A DNA stretch of 64,000 nucleotides. Source: Mustelus asterias. Taxonomy: Eukaryota. Under the pieces are notes generated by a model that had not been told where the DNA came from, ran no database searches, and worked only from the letters and a program-made list of their open reading frames with translations. The stretch lies in the NCBI RefSeq assembly GCF_964213995.1, contig NW_027590136.1, positions 1,178,001 to 1,242,000 of the forward strand. The letters are read 5' to 3'. The position numbers were made by a program, and so were the translations under genes. This document shows positions 22,400 to 37,295 of the stretch, piece after piece (position 1 is the stretch's first letter; the number at the start of each line of letters is the position of its first letter).

Positions 22400-23192
22400 A
22401 AATCGGAACAAATGTGAGGTAATGAATTTTGGAAGGTCTAATAGAGATAGGAAATATACAGTAAATGGCAGAACCCTTAAGAATATTGATAGGCAGAGGT
22501 ATCTGGGTGTACCGGTACACAGGTCACTGAAAGTGGCAATGCAGGTGGAGAAGGTAGTCAAGAAGACATACGGCATGCTTGCCTTCATCGCCGGGGCATT
22601 GAGTTTAAAAAATGCCAAGTCATGTTGCAGCTTTATAGAACGTTGGTTAGGCCGCACTTGGAATACAGTGTTCAATTCTGGTCGCCACACCACCATAAGG
22701 ATGTAGAGGCTTTGGAGAGGGTACAGAAAATGTTTACCAGAATGTTGCCTTGTTTGGAGGGCATTAGGTATGAGCAGAGATTGGAAAAACTTTGTTTGTT
22801 CTCACTGGAACGACGGAGGTTGAGGGGTGACCTGATAGAAGTCTACAAGAGTATGAGGGGCATGGACAGATTGGATAGTCAGAAGCTTTTTCCCAATTAC
22901 TGGGGTGCATAGTTTTAAGGTGCGAGGGGCAAGGTTTAAAGGGGATGGACAAGACATATTATTTACACAGGGAATGCTGGGTGTCTGGAACTCGCTGCCG
23001 GAGGAGGTAGTGGAAGCAGATACGATCGTGACATTTAAGGGGCGTCTTGACAAATACATGAATAGGATGGGAATAGAGGGGTACGGTCCCCGGAAGGATA
23101 GCGTGTTTTGGCTCAGTCGGGCAGCATGGCCGGTGCAGGCTTGGAGGGCCGGAGGGCCTATTCCTGTGCTGTAATTTTCTTTGTCCTTTGTT
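22400..23192 (+). mobile_element. CR1 LINE 3' fragment
   Basis: KCEVMNFGRSN, LYRTLVRPHLEY and RRRLRGDLIEVYK motifs; similar to 9870-10670. Confidence 0.93.
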
Positions 23193-23679
23193 CACACAGT
23201 CAGCGTACAGATATCACCGTGACAGAAAGGAAGCTGCAACATGTTGATGCGTTTAAAATATATTAATATATTCTGGAGAATGTGGGATTGAGATAATAGA
23301 CTGTTTCCATATAACTGGCTTTATTTCTTACAATGTAGTATTAGTTTCAATGAATTACTGCACTTAATCAAATCTGTCTTGTTGCAGGATTCAATTCCAA
23401 TTTGATCAATGCAGTTTTGCAGAGTAGCATCATATAAATCTTTCACATCTATTGACTTCCCACCAGTTTCGCAGACGAACTTCATTCAGTCTGAACGACT
23501 AAGATAAAATTAAGGTGTTCAACTGCGCCCTTCAAAGATCAATAATTTTGGAGTGCTTTTTTAACAATCTATCGACAATCTATCTTCTCATTTCCCCAAT
23601 TTTTATTCGTCAAGCTATCTATCTGCACATTTCCCCACGGTTTTGAACAACTGTTCTTTATTATTTGACAAAACACCAA

Positions 23680-24643
23680 ATGGCGACGTTTGTGAGCTGG
23701 AATGCAACCATTGGACGATGATCAACTCTGCCAATCATACTGGCAATGCCAGTTTTGAGAGACCCGGAGCAACTGAATAAATTGAAACGCTCGTCCTCCC
23801 TTGCCTCCTCAGCTTCACTATCGTGCTGAGCATTGCTGGGCATTCAATTTCACTGTGGCATGTCACAAGACTGAGGAAAGTTTCTTCAGCGACTGATGTT
23901 CCCCTGCTTGACCTAACAATCACCAACATCTTGGTTATCCTGGCTTCTATTTTTTATCTTATTCACTTGATCCCTGGATGTCAGTTCACGAAGCTACTTC
24001 TTGAAACCCATCTGCTCATCGGTTTAGTCAACATTAAAAGCAATCCATCATTCATGGCCTGCATTGCTATTGACCGGTACCTCGCTTTTCCCATCCCATC
24101 AGGTCCCATGCCTGGAGGAGGCCCCAATACTACGTCGCCCTATCCATTGTAACATGGCTGGCAGTGTTAGCCATGACTCTGGCGGCCTTTCACTTTACAA
24201 GAAATACCGCATATGAAAGTATCACGTGCAAGGATAATATTTTAACGAGGCGATCTCGGTAAATGTTCATGCTATTTTGTGAGGCTATGACATTTGTTGT
24301 GCCAGTTCTGGTCCTATTGATCTGCTATGCTCTGACAGTGAAGAAGCTGACGGAAGCAGGATCTGGGAAGAAATATATGGAGCTGGTGAAGACAAAAGTG
24401 CTGAAAACCATTTCAGGAATCATGATTCTTCTCCTTTTCTGCTTTGCCCCTTTTCACATCCCAGAACTGTATTTTTTGAGTGAGGGCCTGATGGATCCAT
24501 TGAATCGAGCAGCATTCTTTTACTTATGCCATGTTAAGATCTATACCTGGGCCCTCACTTGCTTCTCTGCTTTCCTTAATCCCGTGCCGTACATTTTCAT
24601 GTCCCAGAACTTCCAATGGAGAACTCATTGCTGTGCCTCGTGA
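23680..24643 (+). pseudogene. Class A GPCR pseudogene, paralog of 38387-39385
   Basis: Starts MATFVSWNAT (versus MSTFVSWNTT); LLDLTITN, FMACIAIDRY, CFAPFHIPELYF, AFLNPVPYIF and WRTHCC are spread over different frames, with frameshifts, a deletion and a stop. Confidence 0.9.
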
Positions 24644-25374
24644 CATGCTGAAAAAATGTGAACATGATTCGGATACCGACAGAGTCTAAGTAAATATCAC
24701 TTTCACATTATCCTCATTTTACTCAGAGAGAATGTGCTGATGTAAATTATAAACAGGCCTACCCTGTTTGGGCCAACGATGCGATAATAAAGCAATGAAG
24801 GCGAACTTAACTTTCGTGCATTCTCTTCAAACTTAGCCGTGCGTCTAGCTAGATATATTTTCTGCGTATTGTAAATGTGACATCATAACATTTACAGTAC
24901 GCATCTGACTCGGTCAGACAACAAGTTCTAAAATCTTTCGCGATTCAAAACAAATACAAAATCGCATTCTGTCCTCTACACTGACGCCACTGTTCGCCAC
25001 TCACGTGGAAATAAATGTTTTCTCTCACTTGCCTGCAACTTTTTCACTATAACTGTAACCGTTAGGAAATCTATGGTCATGGGACAAGGTGTTACATCTC
25101 AGCGCCTGATCATGCTAAGCAATAGCCCACTGTTACTGATTAGCTAATTCAGCTACCTGGAGGCAATGGTTCCAGACCCAGTATGTGCAGCTCGATGATC
25201 ACATAGGGAAATCAGCTGCCACCTTCGTCCAACTCCTGGAATGTGCATGGGATAACACCAACCTGATCCTTGAGACTAAACTGATTGTTTTAAGGCCTGT
25301 GTTCTTCACACCTTCACTTATGGATGGGAGATATCGCATACCTACAGCGACCCGGAAATGTAATACCACAGGAT

Positions 25375-27000
25375 CATGAGACGTGGCAACATAAGTAGGC
25401 CATTCGGTCCATTGACTCGGCTCCGTCATTCAGTGAGATCATGAGTGATCTGATAATCATCAACTGCACTTTCCCACCTTATTCCTAGATGCCTTTACTT
25501 ATTAAAAATATGTCTATCTCAGCCTTGAACATAATTAAAGACCTCGGTCATACCATTCTCTACGGCAAGGAATTCCGCAGATTCAATACCCTCTGAGAGA
25601 TTTATTTTCTTCATCCCTGTCTTAATGGGCGACTCCTCACTTTCAGATTATGCCATCTGGTCCCAGACTCTCTCACAAGGAGAAACAAACTCTCAGCACT
25701 TACCCAATAAAAAAAACTCTGAGAATCCTCTATGGCTCAGTAATGTCACCTCTAATTCTTCTAAACGCCAATAAGTTCAAAGCCAGCCTCTTCTCGTAAG
25801 AACATCCCTCCATATTCCGAGCGACTTCAATTAACATTCTCTGGACTGCATCCAATGCTACGTCCAATCTTTCCTTACATAAGGGAACCAAAATTGTTCA
25901 CAGTATTCTAAGTATGTTCTGCTGGTGCCTTGCATAATTTTAGTAAGACTTCCTTATAATTATACTCCACCCCTGTTGAAGTAAGGACCAACATTCATTT
26001 TGCCTTCCCTATTACTTGCCAAATTTTTGTGCTAGCCTTTTGCGATATATAACCAAGACCTCTAGATCATTCTTTGCTTCAGCATTCTGTAGTATTTGTG
26101 CCATTTAAATAATCTGTCTCTCGTTCATTTTTCCTGCTAAAGTTCATAAGTTCACTCTTTCCTATATTATATTCCATCGTCCAAGTTGTTGTTCACATAC
26201 TTAACCTGTCTGAATCCCTCTCTGAACACTTGGCATCCTCACCCTTGCCTTTAGGCCTATTTTTGTGTTATCTGCATACATGGCAATAGTACATCCACTT
26301 CCGTTTTCCCACTCATGAAATATTGTAAATAATTGTGGAGCCAGCACTGTTCCCTGTGGCATTCCACTATTTACAGGCTGTCAACCTCAAAATGCCCCTT
26401 TTACCCCAACTCTCTTTCTTCTGTTATTAATTCCCTATTTTCTCTTACCCGTTACTCATTTTTCTTTCCATGTTAATATATTAACCCCAGGGCATAATTT
26501 TCGCAAGACTTCCTTATAATTACACTCAATCCCTTTTGAAGTAAAGGCCAAATTCATTTTGCCTTCCCTATTACTTGCACTTACCCTATAAAGTTACCCT
26601 TTGTGTGGTCCCTTATCAAAAGCATTTTGGGAATCCAAATATTATTAAAGATGCTGGTTCCCCTTTATCTATGTTGCTCGTTAATATCTCAAAGGTTTCT
26701 AATGCATTTGTGAGGCACGATTTCCACATTATGGTGCCGTACTGACTGTGGTTGAATATAATAGGTAATTCTAAAGAGTCTACATTCATTATAACTGATT
26801 CTAACGTGTTCCCAACAACAGATGTCAAGCTAACTGGGAGATAGTTACCGTTTTTGTCTCCCTCCCTTTCTGAATAAGAGTGTTTCATTGGCAGTTTTCC
26901 AATCTTCTTAGACTTTTCGCGACTTTAAGGAACCTTGACAGATTAGAATCAATGCATTCACTATCTCTGCAACTTCGTCATTTAGGATGCAACCCATTAC
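25375..27000 (-). mobile_element. Old CR1-type LINE
   Basis: Minus-strand ORF has [12 protein letters not shown] and KSCLTN; the 3' end aagtaggccattcggtcc lies near 25395. Confidence 0.8.
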
Positions 27001-27759
27001 GCCCAGAGACTCAGTGGCCTTTATTTAACCCCTCAAGCTCGACATGTTCGCTGCCTTTATTGCATACTGTGTATGTAGTGGCAAGAGAGAATCACAGATG
27101 AGACTATCCTCTCAGTCACATTATCGGAAAAGCGTTAGGGTAGATGGTGGCCCCATAACCAAGAACGTTGTTGGTCGTGAGGTGGCCGGAGCCAGATGAC
27201 CAACTGGGCGTCATATTTTCAATTTCAGTGAAGCTTTCAAAGTTTTATTTTGTACATCATTTATTGCCCTTGCATTGACTGGCCACTTCAGAGGGCATTT
27301 GAGATTCAACTGCAGACCTGGATCCAGGAGTCACGTGTAGGTCAGCTTATTGCTGAATCAGTTGGGTTTTTACATCGATCGACAATGTTTTGAAGATCAT
27401 CATTAAACTTCTGTTTGAATTCAAATTTTACCATGTGCCACGGTGGGAATCGATCCCGGCTTCTCAGCGGATTACCTCGACTTTAATTATTATTCGTCTC
27501 GTTTCAATTCCATTACTCCATTGCCCCTCTTCCTGACTATCCATTTTAAGTGGGTCACTTCGTCATTTTTTAAAAAATGCCCCTTTAAAGGATTGTGAGC
27601 TTGTTAATTCCATTCAAGGAGCTACATAGATGCGCATTGCTATTACGGATATCACAAATAAAATTTTGCATTTACTTTTCACTAGAAAAATAGATGAAAA
27701 TTAAAGAGTTAATGGTGGAGTGTCAAAATAAATGCAAGTTATGAAGACTGCACCGCTTT

Positions 27760-28115
27760 GGACGGCATGGTAGCACAGTGTTCTCACTGCTGCCTCAGAG
27801 CTCCAGGGGCCCTGATTCCATTCCGGCCTTGGGTGTTTGTCTCTGTGGAAATTGCACATTCTTCCATTGTCTATGTGGGTTTCTTCTGGGTGCTCCGGCT
27901 TCCTCCCACAGTGCAAAGATGCGCAGGTTAGTCAACATGCTAACTTGCCCCGAATATGCAGTTTAGCAGGATTAACCATTGCAACCACGCTGGCTCATGA
28001 GGATACGGCGAAATGGAGGAACTGGGTGAAATGCTTCTTATAAAGTCGGTGCACACTCGATTGGCTGAATTGTCTCCTTCTGAACTTTAGAGATTGCATG
28101 ATGATTCTATGATTC
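27760..28115 (+). mobile_element. tRNA-derived SINE (diverged)
   Basis: ggacggcatggtagcacagtg head and ttctatgattct tail. Confidence 0.8.
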
Positions 28116-29373
28116 TAGAGGATATTGTTTAAATATAAAAGGTCTTCCGTTCCAGACGAAGCTGAGAACTTTTTTCTCCCTCAGAGTGTCATTGGCATTT
28201 AAAAGTTTCGTCCTCAGAAAGCAATATGTCTTGGTCATTGTACTTAACCATAAGAAATGGAGCTTAAAATATCATTCGCCCATCGAATGTGATCCGCCAT
28301 TTAATGAGATCATGACTGATTAGATACGACAATCCTCAACTCCACTCCCCTCGCCCCTCTCATGCCCATAACCCTTTATTCGAGGCTGAGTTGAATAGAT
28401 GTTTTCATCGGCAAGGGAGTAGAGGGATATGGAGAACAGATGGGATAGTAGATGTGAAATAAGAACAAAACTTGCCATGATCTTTTCGAGCAGAATAAAG
28501 TGCTGATTGGTCTGCTTCTGTTCCGAAATCCGACAGTTTTAGGTTCCAATGACTGATTTGCAAGTAGGCAGGCACCCTCTGGATATATACGACCTGTTCA
28601 GGTTTGAATGTTTGGAGGTTTTCGAGAGAAACAACCATCGCAATGTCTCCTTCAGTCTGGCGTCGTTTTAGTAGAGATCATCCGGGGTATTTACGTGATG
28701 GAGGCTTTAACGCATATTGCTACTTATCATCTGATTAGCATAGCAAGAGGCTAAGTAAGGATTCTATCCTCAAGTAAATAGTGTACACTATGGATTAGGA
28801 TGTTTTCTCGCCTTGTTTCTATTTAGCGTTTTTTCTTGACAATTGGTTTGCAAAGTTTAGCATCTGAATTAAGAAATTAATTACTCATTACAGACACTTT
28901 GTGGAGTCTTTCATTTTTTTAACATCTAGCACAATTGAGACCGGAGTTATTGTGGTCGACTTTGCACTTGACTTTCTCTTCTCGGTCCTGGGTGGAAATA
29001 AATCGGGATTCGAACAGTTAGCCGAGAAGATAGAGACATACATGTACTGACATAGATGCTACTGCATTAGGAAGCAATGTGTGAATGTCTGTAACGTCCA
29101 TATGCACGAAAAGTATCGCAGGTTTATGAGAAAATATGTGTATTTTCAGAGATCCATACTGATTGATAAACGGATAGATATGCCTAAACAGGTGATAGTA
29201 AGAATGAGGTTTTCCTAGGCACTTCAAAGCCCCATTGAAATCGATTGGTACATAGCTAAAGAGTAAGGGGGCGGGGGTGGTAGTGAGAGTGAGGAAAAGA
29301 CCGAGGGAAAGAAAAAGACTGAGATGCAAAAATTAATTTACATTGGAATTAACAAATAAGAGAGGAACAAACA

Positions 29374-29960
29374 ATAGAACATAGAACATAGAACATAGAA
29401 CATTACAGCGCAGAACAGGCCCTTCGGCCCACGATGTTGCACCGACCAGTTAAAAAAAAAACTGTGACCCTCCAACCTAAACCAATTTCTTTTCGTCCAT
29501 GAACCTATCTACGGATCTCTTAAACGCCCCCAAACTAGGCGCATTTACTACTGATGCTGGCAGGGCATTCCAATCCCTCACCACCCTCTGGGTAAAGAAC
29601 CTACCCCTGACATCGGTTCTATAACTACCCCCCCTCAATTTAAAGCCATGCCCCCTCGTGCTGGATTTCTCCATCAGAGGAAAAAGGCTATCACTATCCA
29701 CCCTATCTAAACCTCTAATCATCTTATATGTTTCAATAAGATCCCCTCTTAGCCGCCGCCTTTCCAGCGAAAACAATCCCAAATCCCTCAGCCTCTCCTC
29801 ATAGGATCTCCCCTCCATACCAGGCAACATCCTGGTAAACCTCCTCTGCACCCTCTCCAAAGCCTCCACATCCTTCCTGTAATGTGGGGACCAGAACTGC
29901 ACACAGTACTCCAAGTGCGGCCGCACCAGAGTTGTGTACAGTTGCAACATAACGCTACGA
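29374..29960 (-). mobile_element. Young CR1 3' fragment
   Basis: Open 157-aa C-terminal ORF2 segment; (catagaa)n tail. Confidence 0.93.
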
Positions 29961-30624
29961 CTATAGAGTTAAGAAACACCTTCCACAGCGGATGAATTAC
30001 ATTAAATAATTTAAATATTGCCAAGGTCGTTCAATGTTTGTTTGCAGTTCATGTTGGCAACATGGAAAATGTTCCATGTCACACTCAGGATATGGAAATC
30101 TTAGTGTCTGCTGACATCCGATCGACTGCACGCCAAGCACGGGTATCGGTGTCTCTGATAATATAGTGGGGGTTAAATATGATGGAGAATAGATCTCACT
30201 CTGTGTTGTGAAGTGATATGCTGCAATTGGAAACTACAGTTTGAAGTGAAATAATAGATGTAAATAAAATGAACATATGTGTCTGCACTGACACTTGATT
30301 TTCTGTCGGGTGGGACGGGGAATGCGAGTTTTTAATTATAAAATGTCTGCTTTAGGGCTGCCGTGGACTCGGTTCACAAAGTTTGTGACAATAAGATCTG
30401 AGCAACTACACTCACCCCTCCCATCAGAGAGACAATCCGTTCACCCTCAGTTTTTGGTCATAGATTGAGCAACTGATCCAGGAGATGTGGGGAGTGGGAT
30501 TGCTCTGCAGGGATGCTGGAGGGTTGAGTAAAAGCCTGAGCTCGTGCCCAATTTAATAACTATCCCAGATAATTGATTGTATCCCCTCTGTCTGCACTGT
30601 ACTGGGCCCCAGGCCAAAAGTCCA

Positions 30625-31275
30625 AAGAACAACGAAAATTACAGCACAGGAACAGGCCCGTCGGCCATCCAAGGCTGCACTGACAGTGCTCCCGACTGAA
30701 CTAAAACCCTGTACCCTTCCGGAGACCGGATCCCTCTATTCCCATCCTATTCATGTATTTGCCAAGATGTCCTGTATACATCACTACCTCCCCCGGCTGC
30801 GAGTTCCAGGCACCCATCAACTTCTGTGTAAAAAAACATGCCTCGTACATCTCCTTTAAATCTTGCCCCTCGCACCTTAAAACTATGCCCCCTAATAATT
30901 GACTCGTCCATCCTGGGAAAAAGCTTCAGACTATCCAATCTTTCCATGCCCCTCATAATTTGTAGACTTCTATCAGGTTATCCCTCAAGCTCCGTCGTTG
31001 CAGTGAGAAGAAACCAAGTTTCTCCAACCTCTCCTTATAGCTAATGCCCTCCATACCAGGCAACATCCTGGTAAATCTTTTCTGTACCCTCTCCTAAGCC
31101 TCTACATCCTTCTGGCAGTTTGGCGACCAGTATTGAACACTATATCCTAAGTGCGGCCTAGCTAAGGTTCTAAAAAGCTGCAACATGACTTGCCAATTTT
31201 TAAACTCAATGCTCTGTCCGATGAAGGTAAGCATGCCGTATGCCTTCTTGATGACCTTCTCCACCTGTGTTGCAA
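30625..31275 (-). mobile_element. CR1 3' fragment
   Basis: Similar to 9880-10540. Confidence 0.88.
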
Positions 31276-31830
31276 TATTTGAAACACTTTCGGATGCATA
31301 TCAGCAATGACATCCAAAGTTATTATTGGGAGGTGCTGGAGAAGCGTATGACATGGACAGAGTTATTGGGCAAACAACAGCTCAGGAAATATAAATAGGT
31401 GTGATCCCAACAGTTCCACTTGGTAGGCGGGCGAATATGTCCCTGAAAGGTCTCACTTTCAATTCTACATTCCGTCAAACCGATTTTTCACAATTAAACA
31501 GAATCATCTGTTCCATTTCCTCAGCACAGTTCCAGAAAAAAGAGCATATTACTTGAGTCCTGAGGAGTACGAGAGCCACGAAGAGAAAGGTAGGTGGAAA
31601 TTGGAACCGCCATAGAAACACGCAGAGTTTGAAAGTGGGCAAATAAGCAGTGTCAATTATAGCGAGAAAGTATGGCCGAATGGAGAAATAGATTGGTCAG
31701 CAGAGAATGTGGATGGCCGTGTAGAGAATGCGATTGAGAGTAAAGAGCAGAAGTATGAGGCAAATTAAACACGGTATTAGGGATTAACAGAAAGAAGATT
31801 AAACGAAGAAGAAGCAGCATGAAACACACA

Positions 31831-31972
31831 NNNNNNNNNNNNNNNNNNNNNNNNNNNNNNNNNNNNNNNNNNNNNNNNNNNNNNNNNNNNNNNNNNNNNN
31901 NNNNNNNNNNNNNNNNNNNNNNNNNNNNNNNNNNNNNNNNNNNNNNNNNNNNNNNNNNNNNNNNNNNNNNNN
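31831..31972. other. Assembly gap (142 N)
   Basis: Run of N. Confidence 1.
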
Positions 31973-32249
31973 GATATCCTGGAGATTTTCGTTCCACGTG
32001 TTAGATTTGATTGTTGATCTTGTCAAGGAAAAATCTGCCGCTCTGAACAGTTCTCAACAGTAACGATTCACAACATGAGGAATGTGACCTGATGGTTTTC
32101 ATGAGAGAGACCACGTGAGTGTGAAGAAATACAGGAAAACATTGACACCAGCCACTATACAGATGTTCGCCTCTGCGTGTGTGGAAAGAAACATAGAAAA
32201 CGATATGCACATTTATTCCTAAAGCAGTGAGACTGAGGAAGAACAGTCT

Positions 32250-33150
32250 GCGTAAAGGTAACTTCATGTGAGAGAGGGACCTTACAGACAGTGTTCAATA
32301 CCTCCAATAGAGAGAGAAAACCTAAAATCTCCAGCCATTGTGAAGGTATCTCCTTGACAGAGAAGATTGTGCGACACCGTTCAGGGAACAGAGTGAGAGA
32401 GGGTTGACAGACTCCATTCAGTGCATAGATTTCACCCTCAGAGAGAGAGTCTGAGAGGCAGCAGTCGGTGCACTGGTAGTTCCGTGAGGGAAAGGGGACT
32501 GAGAGCAACCAGTCAGTGTATGGATATCTTCCTGAGAGAGAGAGGTTCTGAAAAACACAGGTCACAGTGCATATACCTCCCTGAAAGAGAGGGGGGACTG
32601 AGGGACAACAGTCAGTTTACAGATATATCCCTGGGAGAGAGAGAGGGGCTGGGAAATAGCTGTCAGTCTACAGATAGGTATCTGCATGAGAGCGTGGGGC
32701 TGAGACCCAACCATATGTGTGCGGCTATTTTTCTGCAAGAGTGGCACGGAGAGAGACCAGTACGTAACTATTTCTCCAGGGAGCAGGTAGGCTAACACAA
32801 ATAAATCTCCCTGTGAGAATAAATCAGCCAGTGTTCAAAACTCTCCCCTAAGGAGGCACTCTGAGAGAGTTTGGTTAATATACAGTTGTCTTCTTGAGAG
32901 ACAGGCATTGAGCGACGCAGGGCAGTGCGCACAATTCTTCCTGAAGTGAGGAACTGATATGCACGAGTCATAATGTCACTATTTTCATGACTGGATCGCA
33001 CTGAGAGGCCGATCAGTTTGCAAATGCCTGAAATGTAAAGGCGAACGAAAATCGACATTGAGCAGTTATCTTCCTGAGGGAAAGAGACTGAGGCAGAGGA
33101 TGAAACAGAGATTCGGGAGACAACAGTCCATGTAGCCATATCGCCATTAG
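32250..33150. repeat. Degenerate ~50-bp minisatellite
   Basis: The motif cctgagagagagagggactgagagacagcagtcagtgtatagatatct recurs at about 32480, 32531, 32580 and 32630. Confidence 0.7.
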
Positions 33151-34779
33151 AGAAGAGAGTAACAAACAGAAATCAGAGAACAGAAAAACTTAGGAGAAAT
33201 TTAGAACTACACCAGATTTTCCAGATAGCTCACTTTCCAACATCCAAGATGACTTTCCTTTCAGTTCTTGAATAACTAAAGTCACAGAATCACATAATAC
33301 GACAGTGCAGAAGAGTCCCTTCGGCCCATCGAGTTCGCAGCGACGCATTAAAGGCCCTGACCTGCCCACCTAATCCCACTTGGCCCATACCCGTAAATAT
33401 TATGGCGCGCCAAGTGCACATCCAGGTACTTTTTTTAAAGAATGTGAGACAATATGCTCCCATCACCCTAACAGCCAGTGCATTCCAGGCTGTCACCACC
33501 CTCTGGGTAAGAAACGCTTTTCCTCAAATCCCCCCCGAAATCTCCCACTCCTCATTTTTAACTTGTGTCCCCTCTTAACTGACCCTTCAACTAAGGGGAG
33601 CAGCTGTTCCTTATCCACACTGTCCATGCCCCTCATCACCTTGAACACCTCAATCAGGTTGCTCCTCAGTCTACTCTGTCCGAGAGAAAACGACCCAAGC
33701 CTATCCAACCTCTGTTTCTAACTTAAATGTTCCTTCCCCGGCAACATCCTGGTGAATCTCCTCTGCACCCCTTCCAGTGCGATCACGTCCTTCCTATAAT
33801 GTGGCGACCAGAACTGCACACAGTACTCCAGCTGTGGCCTCATCAAAATTCTGTGCAACTCCATCATGAACTCTCTGCTTTTGTAATCTATACCCCGATT
33901 GATGAAGGCGAATGTGCCATATGCCTTTTCACCACTCTTTTAACCTAATTTTTCGCCTTCAGAGATCTATGGACAAACACCAATGTCCCTTTGTCCTACG
34001 AAACTACCCAGCGTCAGACATTTCATCGGATACTTCCGTGTCAATTTACTCCTTCCAAAGTGTACCACTTCACACTTTTCAGGGTTAAATTCTATCTGTC
34101 ACTTATCTAGCCATTTGACCATCTCGTCTATATCTTCCTGTGTCCCAAGACACTCAGCCTCATTGTTAACCGCACGGCCAAGTTTTGCATCATCCGCAAA
34201 CATACTGATCCTATCCCCACATAGTCATCTGTGTCATTTATATGACTGACGAACAATAGGGAGACCAGCATGAATTCCTGTGGTACGCCACTGGTCACTG
34301 GCCTCCAGTCACTAAAGCAGCCGTCTGTGGTCACCCTCTGTTTCCTTCCGCTAAGCCATTTATGAATCCACCTGAGCTGATCACCTTGTATCCCATGTGC
34401 ATTTGCCTTCTTAATAAGTCTCCGATGTGAGACGTTGTCAAAGGCTTTGCTGAACTCCATGTAAACTATCCCAACCGCACTACCCTCATCTATACACTTG
34501 GTTACATGCTCAAAAAATTCAAAAACATTCGTTCGGCATGAACTCCCTCTGACAACCCTTGCTGACTATCCCTGATCAAACTTTCCTCTCCAAATGGAGA
34601 TAGATTCCCTCCTTTACAATCTTCTCCATTGGTTTCCCAACCAGAGACCTGGCTTGTCTCTGCAACCTTTCATAAATAACGGGATCACATTAGCTGTCCT
34701 CCAGTCCTCTGGCACCTCCCCGGTGAAAAGTTTAACAACACCAGGTTAAAGTCCAACAGGTTTATTTGGTAGCAAAAGC

Positions 34780-34816
34780 CACAAGCTTTCGGAGCCTTAA
34801 GCTCCTTCTTCAGGTG
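34780..34816 (-). ncRNA. Minimal type I hammerhead ribozyme motif (inverted copy)
   Basis: Reverse complement cac-CTGAAGA-aggagc ttaag gctcc-GAAAGCTT-gtg. Confidence 0.7.
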
Positions 34817-37295
34817 AGTGGGAATTCTGTTCACAAACAGGGCATAGAAAGACACAAACTCAATTTACAGAATAATGGTTGGAATGTGAATACGGACAGC
34901 TAATCAAGTCTTAAAAGTACAAACATTGTGTGTCGAGAGAGCATTAAGCCAGGTTAAAGAGATGTGTATTGTCTCCAGACAGGACAGCCAGTGAGACTCT
35001 GCAGGTCCAGGCAAGCTGTGGGGATTACAGATAGTGTGGCATGAACCCAATATCCCGGTTGAGGCTGTCCTCATGTGTGTGGAACTTGGCTATCAGTTTC
35101 TGCTCAGCGACTCTGCGCCGTCGTGTGTCGTGAAGGCCGCCTTGGAGACTGCTTACCCAAATATCAGAGGCCGAATGCCCGTGACCGCTTAAGTGCTCCC
35201 CAACAGGAAGTTTACAGTCTTGCCTGGCGATTGTCGAGCGATGTTCATTCATCCGTTGTCGCAGCGTCTGTATGGTTTCCCCAATGTACCATGCCTCGGG
35301 ACATCCTTTCCTGCAGCGTATCAGGTAGACAACGTTGGCCGAGTTGCAAACGTATGTACCGTGTACCTGGTGGATGCTGCTCTTACGTGAGATGATAGCA
35401 TCTGTGTCGATGATCCGGCACGTCTTGCAGAGATTGCTGTGGTAGGGTTGTATGGTGTCGTGGTCACTATTCTCCTGAAGGCTGGGTAGTTTGCTGCGGA
35501 CAATGGTCTGTTTGAGGTAGCACCCTCCGTGCTCTCATCCCACGTACTGGAGATCTCTACTGCCTCCTGAAGATACACAAGGCAAACACACCCGTCCGTC
35601 CCATCGTATCGGGCAATGGGACCCTGTGCGAGAACCTCTCCGGCTATGTCGAAGACATCCTAAAACCCATTGTACAAAGAACCCCCAGCTTTTGTCGCGA
35701 CACTACGGGCTTCCTACAGAAATTCGGCACAGATGGAGCAGTTGAACCAGGAGCGCTCCTCGTCACAGTGGATGTCTCGGCACTCTACACCAGCATCCCC
35801 CACGATGATGGCATTGCTGCAACGGCGTCAGTGCTCAGCGCCGACAACTGCCAGTTTCCAGATGCAATTTTACATCTCATCCGCTTCATCCTGGACCACA
35901 ATATCTTCACCTTCAACAACCAGTTCTTCATCCAGACACACGGAACAGCCATGGGGACCAAATTCGCACCTCAATATGCCAACATCTTCATGCACAGGTC
36001 CGCACAGGACCTTCAACCGATTTTTCTTCCTTTGGACTCATGGTGAACAATCACAGAAACAACTCTATGATGGCATCAACAAGTTCCATCCTACCATCAG
36101 ACTCAGCTTGGACTACTCTCCGGAATCGGTTGCATTCTTGGACACACGCATCTCCATTAAGGATGGTCACCTCAGCACCTCACTGTACCGCAAGCCCACG
36201 GATAACCTCACGATGCTCCACTTCTCCAGCTTCCACCCTAAACACGTTAAAGAAGCCATCCCCTATGGACAAGCCCTCGTATACATAGGATCTACTCGGA
36301 TGAGGACGATCGCAACAGCCACCTCCAGACGCTGAAAGATGCCCTCATAAGAACAGGATATGGCGCTCGACTCATCGATCGACAGTTCCGACGTGCCACA
36401 GCGAAAAACCGCACCGACCTCCTCAGAAGACAAACACGGGATACGGTGGACAGAGTACCCTTCGTCGTCCAGTCCTTCCCCGAAGCGGAGAAGCTACGGC
36501 ATCTCCTCCGGAGTCTTCAACATGTCATTGATGAAGACGAACATCTCGCCAAGGCCATCCCCACACCCCCACTTCTTGCCTTCAAACAACCGCGCAACCT
36601 CAAACAGGCCATTGTCCGCAACAAACTACCCAGCCTTAGGAGAACAGTGACCACGACACCACACAACCCTGCCACAGCAACCTCTGCAAGACGTGCCGGA
36701 TCATCGACACAAATACCCTCATCTCACGTGAGAACACCATCCACCAGGTACAGGGTACATATTCTTGCAACTCGGCCAATGTTGTCTACATGATACGCTG
36801 CAGGAAAGGATGTCCCGAGGCATGGTACATTGGGGAAACCATGCAGACGCTGCGACAACGGATGAATGAACACTGCTCGACAATCACCCGGCAAGTCTGT
36901 AAACTTCCTGTTGGGGAGCACTTAAGCGGTCACGGGCATTCGGCCTCTGATATTCGGGTAAGCGTTCTCCAAGGCGGCCTTCACGACACACGACTGCGCA
37001 GAGTCGCTGAGCAGAAACTGATAGCCAAGTTCCAGACATGAGGACAGCCTCAACCGGGATATTGGGTTCATGCCACACTATCTGTAATCCCCACAGCTTG
37101 CCTGAACCTGCAGAGTCTCACTGGCTGTCCTGTCTGGAGACAATACACATCTCCTTAACCTGGCATAATGCTCTCTCTACACACATTGTTTGTACTTTTA
37201 AGACTTGATTAGCTGTACGTATTCACATTCCAACCATTATTCTGTAAATTGAGTTTGTGTCTTTCTAAGCCCTGTTTGTGGACAGAATTCCCACT

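Noticed and set aside
32250-33150. CRISPR-like periodic array
   Set aside because: The context is vertebrate, units diverge along their whole length with no constant repeat and unique spacer, and no cas genes are present.
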